A stretch of DNA of 64,000 nt from Candidatus Sabulitectum silens. Lineage in GTDB: Bacteria > Fermentibacterota > Fermentibacteria > Fermentibacterales > JCC-6. The first letter of the stretch is position 1. Each line of letters begins with the position of its first letter. Shown here one piece after another: positions 56,441 through 64,000 of this stretch. The notes beneath the pieces were generated by a model, which worked only from the letters and a program-made list of their open reading frames with translations, was not told where the DNA came from and made no database searches. The position numbers and the translations under genes are program-made. The stretch is taken from positions 3,316 through 67,315 of the forward strand of contig MJAN01000004.1 in NCBI GenBank assembly GCA_001875255.1. Direction: 5' to 3'.

Positions 56441-56838
56441 TAGAGGCCTCCCAGGTTAAGGTTCTCCTCGGGGAGGACCCCCCTGTAAACGATGGAGAAC
56501 ACCGTTCTGTCCGATGGCCTCCAGTCGAGCTGGAAACCGCCCAGAACATTGCCGAAATCGTTTCCGTCGCTGGAGAAGGTCATCAGACGGGAGTAACCCA
56601 TCTCAACCGTGGCGTCGAGCTTCGGGTGCAGGGCGAAGCGCATGCTTCCCAGGTATGTTCCACGGCCGTAGGAGCCGTACCTGCCCGAGGAATAGGAGAA
56701 GCTGGCCCGGCTGCTGAACTCCGGCTGAAAACCGGACCCGCCCCCCGGGAACCCCACGAGGTTGAAGCCCGAGGGGTCAAGACCGAAGGCCATGGCACCG
56801 GCTGACACAACGAGCAGAAGCATAATAACAGTTCTCAT
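56440..56838 (-). CDS. Secreted beta-rich hypothetical protein
   Basis: Signal peptide MRTVIMLLLVVSAGAMA; RBS GGAGG; alternating beta-strand pattern ending in LDWRPS. Confidence 0.7.
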   Translation of the reverse strand: MRTVIMLLLVVSAGAMAFGLDPSGFNLVGFPGGGSGFQPEFSSRASFSYSSGRYGSYGRGTYLGSMRFALHPKLDATVEMGYSRLMTFSSDGNDFGNVLGGFQLDWRPSDRTVFSIVYRGVLPEENLNLGGL

Positions 56839-56891
56839 AATGGAACCTCCATGTTAGACAGGTATATTACCTATACTGTGTTCCAGGGTCA

Positions 56892-57176
56892 ATGTTCCAG
56901 CAGAAAACAATGAAGGGCGTTTATGACAGAACTGCAGTACGCAGAGGGCGTGGTTTCAGAAGGGAGCCCGCCGGGGGAATACTTTTCAATGTAGACACCG
57001 GCGACCTCCAGGTGGCCGAGGGTGTTGCCTTCGGCATCTGCGACATGATAGACCACGGAGCCGAAAGGGATGACATTCTGACGGAGCTCAAGAAAAATTA
57101 CCCCGATCAGGACAATATAGAGCAGGACCTTGACCATTTCCTGGATGAACTCCGAAGCCGGGGAGCCCTGGCTTGA
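56892..57176 (+). CDS. PqqD-family RiPP recognition element (ScmD-like)
   Basis: FRRE..GGILFN.DTG......GVA..I...ID......I...L...Y.......DL..FL.EL...G. Confidence 0.85.
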   Translation: MFQQKTMKGVYDRTAVRRGRGFRREPAGGILFNVDTGDLQVAEGVAFGICDMIDHGAERDDILTELKKNYPDQDNIEQDLDHFLDELRSRGALA

Positions 57177-58224
57177 GTGAAGCACCCTACTGGGTCTCCC
57201 CCAGGGAGGCGAACCTGCTCATCACAGGTGGCTGCAACCTGAATTGCCGACACTGCTCTGTGCTAAGCTTCGGTGCCCTGAAGAAAGACCTTTCCCTGAA
57301 GAAATGGGCTGGCATTCTTGACGATCTGGCAGGGAACAAGCTGCTAAAACTCACCATCACTGGGGGCGAGCCCATGGCCAGACCGGACTTCCTCGAGTTC
57401 ATGGAAGAGGTTGCCCGAAGACCATTCAGGTACTCGGTGAACACCAACGGAACACTTGTCACCGGAGCGGTGATCAAAAGCCTCAGGAAGCACTCCGGAA
57501 GGCTGGACGACATAATGGTGAGCCTCGACGGCCCCGACAGGGGAACGATGGACAGCCAGCGGGGGAAAGGGGTATTCGACAGAATGGTCCTTGGAGTGAC
57601 GAAGATAAGGGAAGCCGGTCTTCCCTTCGGTTTTTACTGCACGGTGACCACGCTGAACATAGACAGGCTGGAGGAGACAGCCGAGCTGGCAACCACCCTT
57701 GGTGCAAACTGGATTAAGTTCAACCACTTTCTTCTGGCCGGCCCGGGGCTTGGCCTGGAGATTGTTCCCGGAGCAACAGAGATCACTGGTGCAGGGAAGA
57801 GATTAAAAAAATGTCAGAGTCAGATCCCGGCTTCATACAGGGCTCCATGGTGGAAACCGCCAGTTTCATAGAAACCATAAGGAAAAGGGGCGTTTCAACC
57901 GGGAACAACTCCGCTTTCCATTGCGGAGGGGGTTCACATAAGATAACGGTTTTCCCCGACGGAACCGTTACTCCATGCGACCACCTGCCGGATTACTCAC
58001 TGGGTAACATCCTGGAAAGGCCCCTCATCGATATCCTTCATGGTGAAGAGATGAAAAGGTTCACCGCTTTCGTGAACCAGCCCAAATCCAGCTACCGGGA
58101 ATGCAGGGACTGCGATCTCGCGGGGTTCTGCACCGGCGGCTGCCCGGTGGAGGCCCTTCTTTGGGGCAACAGGCTGAACCCCCACAGGATATCCTGCCTG
58201 AAACCCTGGATGGAAAACCCATGA
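57173..58224 (+). CDS. Radical SAM/SPASM maturase 1 (ScmE-like); frameshift at the A7 run 57805-57811
   Basis: ITGGCNLNCRHC, TGGEP..RPDF, NTNGTL, VSLDG, D..RG.G.F; SPASM C-GG...PDG.V.PC...C..C.....C.GGCP. Confidence 0.88.
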
Positions 58225-59253
58225 CAGAAAAGCCACCCCTGAAGGTCCTCTACATCAACCCCGCCGGGGCTGCAACCTCCACTGCAGCCACTGCTGGGTT
58301 AACGAGGGAACATTCGCCGGAAAACTCCTCACCGTTGATCAGTGGACCGAGCTGCTCAGGCAGGCGGTATTGCTGGGCTGCTCCTACCTGAAGCTCACCG
58401 GCGGAGAGCCCTTGCTCTACCATGGCTTCGTGGAGCTTTACGAAGGGGCTTCGGCAATAATTCCCGATGTTTCCGTGGAAACCAACGGAACACTTGAACC
58501 GGATGGTCTCTGGAGGGCATTTGCCGCGAATCCGCCCCACAATGTATCCATAAGCCTGGACAGCGCCAGCGAGGCAGTACACGATGAGTTCAGAGGCGTG
58601 CCAGGCTCATACAGAAAAACCCTGGCCTCGGGAAAAAGCTCGTGGCCGCCGGGATCCCCGCACAGGTAATCATGTCCATCTCTTCAACCAATCGTGGTCA
58701 GATCATTGGCATGATAGATCTCCTGGAGAAGATCGGCCTGAGGAACCTGAAACTTAACCTCATCACTCCCTCTGGCAGAGGAAAGGTTCTGAGCTTCCTG
58801 AAGGATAATGGTATCAAGGAGATAATGGATTTCCTCGAATGGGCCTTCAATGAGACACCGCCCTGGGTTCTGCCCACGGCTCCCCATGCCCTGACTCCTG
58901 TGAACAGGCTGGTTCAGCAGAGCAGCTGCCCGGTCCTTAACCTCATGGGAGTTCTTCCCGACGGCACCTATTCACTGTGCGGTGTGGCCTTCTCCCGGGG
59001 TGAAATGGCCTGGGGGAAATTCCCTGAAATGACCGTGGGCGAAGCCTGGGAAAACTCCCCTGTGTACAGAAGCATAAGGACCCGGATACCTGACAAGCTG
59101 GAGGGGGTGTGCGGCGATTGCATACACAGGGCGGGGTGCAGGGGAAGCTGCGTTGCCAACAACCTTGTTGCCGGCGGTTCTGTCAGCAGCCCCAACCCCC
59201 TGTGCCAGCTTGCCCTTGACAACGGCCTCTTCCCGAAGACCAGGCTCAGATGA
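58221..59253 (+). CDS. Radical SAM/SPASM maturase 2 (ScmF-like); frameshifts near 58267 and 58635
   Basis: Reconstructed PLKVLYINPAGGCNLHCSHCW, KLTGGEPLL, VSVETNG, SLD, HD.FRG, C....GVL.DG.YSLCG, LEGVCG.C.....C.GSCVA.N...C......FP..RL. Confidence 0.88.
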
Positions 59254-59780
59254 GTTCCCCGGAACGGAGCCTTCTGAGGGCTCTTTGCAGGGCAGTGATC
59301 CCTTCCGGAGCGGTACTGCACTCGTCCTGCGTGGAAAAGAACTCACAGGCATCATTGTTCCTGGGCAGGAGCGGCGGCGGAAAATCCACCATTGCCCACC
59401 TGGTTGCCGACGGCGGGGAGATATTCCTTCTGGAGGACGACGAAACCGTTGTTGCCCGGGGAACCGACGGCACGGTTCGGTGCCTCCCCACCCACAGGAT
59501 AAGGAGGCTCACCGGGGTGGAGCGTATTCCACCCGGTGTTCTCAAGAACCTCTTCTTCGTTGAGAAGGGAAGTGACACCCTGGTTCTTCCCGTTCCCTCA
59601 AAGTACGCCTTTTACAGGGCTGTCAGGATCGGTTCCTTCCTCGGAGCTCAGCTCCTCGATCCGAATGAGAATCATGCCCTTCTCAAGGGTATCCAGTCGA
59701 TCCTCGGCGGGTTTCCCTGCTTTATCGTCAGGTATTCGCCCCCTGTGAACCCCCATGATGTCATTGGAGATATGCTTTGA
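59250..59780 (+). CDS. HPr-kinase-like P-loop protein (ScmC-like)
   Basis: VLHSSCVE......LF.GRSGGGKST...LEDD, L..LFF.EK. Confidence 0.75.
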   Translation: MSSPERSLLRALCRAVIPSGAVLHSSCVEKNSQASLFLGRSGGGKSTIAHLVADGGEIFLLEDDETVVARGTDGTVRCLPTHRIRRLTGVERIPPGVLKNLFFVEKGSDTLVLPVPSKYAFYRAVRIGSFLGAQLLDPNENHALLKGIQSILGGFPCFIVRYSPPVNPHDVIGDML

Positions 59781-60180
59781 GCAGAAAGGGCGAACTTGGC
59801 TGGGTGAGGGGCATTTCCATGTGGCCCAACCTCCTTCCCGGCGACATTCTCAGGGCGGAACCCGTCCCCGCCGGGGACATTCGCCCGGGGATGGTGGTGG
59901 TGTTCCCTGGAAACCGGGCCGGCGGAGGGCCCTTCGTTCACAGGGTTCTCAGTGTGCGAATACTGGGGACAGGGCCTTCATAGCAACCGGCGGTGACCAA
60001 TCCGGAAGGGACGACTTCGTATCAGTATGCGAAAGCCGTCTGGAACTGAAAAGGATCACAGGTGTTCTCATTGCGGGACGGTACAGGAAGGTGGGAAACC
60101 TGAAAGTACCTCAAATGTTGCAAGGCAGGGTCAGGCTTATAAAAATCCACATCAGGATTGCCCGGAAACTTCTTTGGTAG
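59777..60180 (+). CDS. S24/S26 signal-peptidase-like protein (frameshift near 59967)
   Basis: VRGISMWPNLLPGD..., GMVVVF, FVHRV, T.GD...DD. Confidence 0.75.
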
Positions 60181-60207
60181 TATTGTTAAGGGATGAAGGG
60201 AGCGCAT

Positions 60208-60451
60208 ATGGTCTTTTTCCAGATAGATATTCAAAACCCCGCTTCTCTCCATAATAGAAGCCGGATCAACAGGCTGGGGTGCGACCTGCGATGTTGGCAA
60301 TTCTCCCCTCGGAGGAGGTTCCACGTGCAGCACCGGCAATAGAGCGGGATCCTCCGTTCAACCCGGGAAAACAGGCATTTTCAATAGCGGTTCCGAAGAC
60401 CCTGCAAGCAGCAGGCTTATAAACCCCGGGGATGTAAGCCGGGGTCTCTAG
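60208..60451 (+). CDS. Putative RiPP precursor peptide (ScmA-like) with CxxGN repeats; needs two single-base corrections
   Basis: RBS AAGGGAG then ATG at 60208. YSKP is in one frame, and the open frame 60227-60451 reads LLSIIEAGSTGWGATCDVGNSPLGGGSTCSTGNRAGSS... Confidence 0.65.
60423..60445. terminator. Hairpin between convergent genes (possible bidirectional terminator)
   Basis: ACCCCGG-N9-CCGGGGT. Confidence 0.4.
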
Positions 60452-61380
60452 GAATCCTTAGCGGCTCCGGGCTTTCCCAGGGCCGCAAGGGCGATAACAC
60501 CCAGAAGAACGCTGAACCACAGCGTGGCGAAACGCATCAGCAGTGTTGTTACCGTTGCCGCCGCCCCGGGCAGGTAATCCCCCAGTATTCCATCTATGGT
60601 CAGTTCAGTGAGGCCCAGGCCTCCGGGTATCATGGATACCGCCCCGGCCACGCTTCCCGCAGCGTGGGAAAGCAGGGAAATACCCGGGGGAAGACCGTAT
60701 CCCATTGAGGCGGCAACGGCGCTTAGCACCATGGCCTCTATTCCCCATGAGAGCATTCCCAGGGGAATGGACACCGCCATGCTTTTTCCGTTCAGAAGGA
60801 TTACCGCAGCCTCCCTGAAACCCTCGAAGGAATCGTTCCTCCGGGCCATGAAGGGGATCTTTTTCACCAGCTTCTCAAAGAGGCTCCAGGCCCTCCTGTC
60901 AAGCAGTATGAACATTGCAACGGCAACGAACACAACCCCGGCGGCGGAGGCGGGGATGCCCAGGGAGCTGCCTGTGAGAAGGGACCCCAGAAGTGCCAGA
61001 AGGACCATGCTGATAAGGTCCGTGAGTCTTTCGGCAACCACCACCGGGCTGGTCCTTTCCACCGGGATGTTCCGTCGTTTCTTCAATATGCCGCACTTGA
61101 GCAGCTCCCCCATCTTTCCAGGGGAAACCGTCATGGAGAACCCGGCTATGAAAACCAGCAGGCTCTCTCCGAAGGGTACCTTCGCGGTTATCCTGTGAAG
61201 GAAGTAGTGCCATTTCAGGAACCTGAGGAAGTAGTTCGCCAGGGGGAGAACGAGGAACAGGGGTATCCAGCCGGGATGGATTGAGCCGGCGGCCCCCATC
61301 ACCCGGCTGAGGTCGGAATGGAGGACAAGCAGTGTATAAAGGGCTATGGCCGCGATGAGGGCCCAGAGGGCTTTCTTCAT
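60448..61380 (-). CDS. Lysylphosphatidylglycerol synthase TM / UPF0104 flippase-like membrane protein
   Basis: NY.LRF.KW, SPGK.GE, ERL.D, PGGLG.TE, R.ATLW; real start MKKALW at 61380. Confidence 0.85.
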   Translation of the reverse strand: MKKALWALIAAIALYTLLVLHSDLSRVMGAAGSIHPGWIPLFLVLPLANYFLRFLKWHYFLHRITAKVPFGESLLVFIAGFSMTVSPGKMGELLKCGILKKRRNIPVERTSPVVVAERLTDLISMVLLALLGSLLTGSSLGIPASAAGVVFVAVAMFILLDRRAWSLFEKLVKKIPFMARRNDSFEGFREAAVILLNGKSMAVSIPLGMLSWGIEAMVLSAVAASMGYGLPPGISLLSHAAGSVAGAVSMIPGGLGLTELTIDGILGDYLPGAAATVTTLLMRFATLWFSVLLGVIALAALGKPGAAKDS

Positions 61381-62180
61381 TACTCGCCCGGGTCCGGCCC
61401 TTCCCCCGAAAGTACCAGAAGCTCCTCCTGAAGCTTCTTCGTTCCGGGCTGGGAGTCCAGTATCTTCAGGGCCTTTGCCGCAAGCCTTTTTGCCTCCCGG
61501 GGATCGTTCAGCTTCATGGAGCATCTTGCGGCCAGGCCAAAGGCCTGTGCCCTGCCCATTTTCGTTATGGGGCTGTCGGGAAGGAGTTCCGCAGAGGTTA
61601 TGGCGTGCATCCTGGCCCTGGAGTAGTCATCCTTCTTCATGTGAAGCATGGCCATGTTGAGATACACTCCGCTCTTTCCGGCGCCGTCCCTTTGCTCCAG
61701 GGCTTCTTCAAGGAGTTTCTCCGCCTCGTCCAGCCTCTCGTCAGCGTTTATCAGAAGTCCCGCCAGGTTCACCTTCATGGTCCCGGCCAGCTTCTCGTCG
61801 GTTTCTATGGCCCGGCGGTAGAACTTTTCCGCGTCGGCGTGGTCGCCCCTCTGCTGGGCTATGTAGGCCATCTGGGCCATGGCGGTCCCGCTGCCGTCGC
61901 CGGCACCCATTGCCTCCACCACCACCTTTTCCGCCCTGTCGGCGTCACCGCTCCTTATGAAATAGAAAACCAGGGCATTGGTAAGGGGGCAGGAGACCCT
62001 TTTTCTGTCTCTGTTGGCCTCGAGGTAGGCTATCATCTCGTCAACCTTCCCCGCCGCCGCCATTTCGGAGGCCTTCTTCAGCTGCTTCTGCTTCCATACG
62101 GGCGACTTTATCAGCCGGTATCCCAGAAAGACCGCCGCCGCGAGGAAAACCCCGGCTATGAGGAAAAGAAAGTTCTCCAT
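61380..62180 (-). CDS. Membrane-anchored TPR protein
   Basis: N-terminal TM ([20 protein letters not shown]) then TPR repeats; RBS GGAGG. Confidence 0.75.
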   Translation of the reverse strand: MENFLFLIAGVFLAAAVFLGYRLIKSPVWKQKQLKKASEMAAAGKVDEMIAYLEANRDRKRVSCPLTNALVFYFIRSGDADRAEKVVVEAMGAGDGSGTAMAQMAYIAQQRGDHADAEKFYRRAIETDEKLAGTMKVNLAGLLINADERLDEAEKLLEEALEQRDGAGKSGVYLNMAMLHMKKDDYSRARMHAITSAELLPDSPITKMGRAQAFGLAARCSMKLNDPREAKRLAAKALKILDSQPGTKKLQEELLVLSGEGPDPGE

Positions 62181-62181
62181 G

Positions 62182-64000
62182 TCAGATCCCTCCTCCACCG
62201 AAGTTCCTGTCGAATCGGAAAACTCTCCCAGTGTGGTGTCCGCGGAAAAACCGGTGCTGTCGGTGTGCAGCATGCAGGTTTCCGTGGGCGCCGTCCCCTT
62301 CCAGAAGTATTCTTCCCTGGAAAGCTCCGCGCATGCGCGTTGGCAAGCTGCCCTGTGATCCCGCAGATAATAGCCTGTTCCAGCTCGTCGGGCTCAGGAC
62401 CTGGGAATGTGGGAGCGGTGGACCGGTCGGCATCGGCGAATACCCTGCGCATGAAGCTGTTCCAGATGGGGAGCCCTATGCTGCTTCCCGACTGCCCACG
62501 GCCGTTCTTCAGCCGCATCCTGATTATGTGGTTGTCGTAGCCAACCCAGACCGATGCCACGAGGTCCGGGGTGAACCCAACGAACCAGGCGTCGGCGTAG
62601 TCGCTTGTGGTGCCTGTTTTGCCCCCGGCCTCCCTGCCGGCGTAGGGGCCTCCCCAGTACCATCCGCGCCGGCACCGGTACCAGACCTCAGTACCGACTG
62701 GAGCATGCTGTTCATCAGAAAGGCTCCGGTAACGCTGAGGACCCTCCTGCCCGGGTCCGGCCGTTCGTTGCTCTCCAGAAGATTTCCCATGCGGTCCTCA
62801 ACCCTGAGAATGGCCGTTGTGTTCATGGCGAGCCGCCTGTGGCGAATGGAATGTATGCCCTTGCCATCTCCAGGGGGTTGGCGTAGCAGCTGCCCAGGGG
62901 CAGGGAGTTCACTATGGGAAGCCTTGAGGTAATGCCCATGGAAACCGCCCTGGCGGCTCCGGTCTCTATTCCAACGGCATCCCCCAGTCTTACCGCGCTC
63001 ACATTGTATGACCGTGCCAGGGCTTCACGGAGGGTAACCATGCCATGGAACTGAAGGTCGTAGTTCCTGGGGCGCCAGGTGCCCGGGTTAAGGTCTACCA
63101 CCACCGGCTGATCCAGAATGACACTTCCCGGGGACCAGCCCTGTTCTATGGCCTCGGCGTAGTAGAAGGGCTTGAATGAACTGCCGGGCTGCCTTCTGGC
63201 CTGGGTTGCCCTGTTGAACTCGCTGTCCTGGAAATCCCTTCCCCCGACCATCGCCCGTATGTAGCCTGTGGTGGGATCCACGGCCACCAGGCTCCCTGAA
63301 TGTAGTCCGGAGCCCCTGAGGTGGTGTCCTTCACCGCCTGCCAGTGTTCCCATGAGCTGTTGTAACGAAGCCGGTCGGTGCTTTCGCTCCAGGTACCGGT
63401 TTCAGGGTCCCAGACCGGTTCCTTGGAGGTTAGAACGCTGTCTATGGCCATTCTGGCGTGCTCCTGCATTTCCGGGTCCAGTGTGGTGTGCACCACGAGA
63501 CCCTGCTCGTACACCGCTGACCAGCCATATCGGCCCACGAGATATTGCCTTACATACTCGGTGAAATAATCCCAGTCCTGCTCCAGTTCATAACGGTGGA
63601 CCTCCACCGCCAGGGGCAGCGAGGAAGCCTCCTGCCTCTGTTCCGGTGAAATGACGCCGTGATCGGCCATCATGGATAGGGCTATGTTGCGCTGGGCCAG
63701 GCACCTGTCAGGATTCCTGAGGGGATTGAAACCGCTGGGGTTCTTTACCATTCTAACCAGTACCGCCGACTGGGCAAGGGTGAGTTCCGCGGCGGAAATG
63801 CCCCCGAAGTATGTGCGGGCGGCGGCTTCTATTCCATGGGCTCCGGACCCGTAGTAGATCTGGTTCAGGTACATCTCCAGTATCTCATCCTTGCTGAACT
63901 GCCGCTCGATCTCCATGGCGATGAAGGCCTCCTGGAGCTTCCTCTGGAAGGTCTGGTCCTGAACCAGGAAAAGCCCCCGGGAAAGCTGCTGGGTAATGGT
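62182..64000 (-). CDS. Class A penicillin-binding protein 1A (5' end beyond window; several frameshifts)
   Basis: [24 protein letters not shown]...[34 protein letters not shown]. Confidence 0.92.

Noticed and set aside
57173-59253. Interpreting the rSAM pair as AhbC/AhbD heme synthesis or PQQ/mycofactocin genes
   Set aside because: No ahbAB/hem, pqqBC or mftDEF genes nearby; the RRE, HprK-like protein, peptidase and Cys-repeat peptide fit an Scm-type RiPP better
61380-62273. PBP1A-TPR read-through fusion
   Set aside because: The TPR gene has its own GGAGG RBS and an N-terminal TM at 62180; the upstream in-frame stretch is the PBP1A tail, probably joined by an indel
1-64000. Calling the split genes pseudogenes or programmed frameshifts
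   Set aside because: Essential single-copy genes are affected, breaks favour homopolymers and no nonsense decay was noticed; sequencing error is more parsimonious
1-64000. CRISPR arrays, tRNA/rRNA genes, IS elements
   Set aside because: Intergenic gaps are very short, and I saw no spaced repeats, cloverleaf signatures or transposase motifs by eye; tRNAscan-SE/Infernal would be decisive

Overview
This 64-kb window comes from a GC-rich diderm bacterium. I infer the FCB superphylum, possibly Ca. Fermentibacterota-like, from T9SS C-terminal domains, a PorV/PorP-like barrel, an archaeal/spirochaete-type PheRS and a 'WGSLK' C-terminal motif. Almost all genes lie on the minus strand in dense housekeeping operons: efp, aroQ, folD, rplU, rng, purQ/purL/purB, ispH, uvrB, pheST, xerD, lon, recG, panE, secA and PBP1A. 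Dozens of genes, including essential ones, are split by single-base indels, often at homopolymers. This is best explained by long-read sequencing error, so I reconstructed many gene boundaries by eye. The main accessory feature is a plus-strand cassette at about 56.9-60.45 kb resembling a SynChlorMet (Scm)-type RiPP cluster. It encodes a PqqD/RRE protein, two radical SAM/SPASM enzymes, an HPr-kinase-like P-loop protein, an S26-type peptidase, and a CxxGN-repeat precursor peptide that the ORF track misses. Other notable items are: a subtilase with a type-B T9SS CTD paired with a PorP/PorV-like barrel fused to two archaeal PGF-pre-PGF-like repeats and an OmpA domain; a secreted PPC-repeat metacaspase; an IspH-UbiA fusion; a protein with three L7/L12-CTD-like repeats; and a stand-alone secreted protein with a candidate short C-terminal sorting motif. 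I saw no rRNA, tRNA, CRISPR array or IS element.
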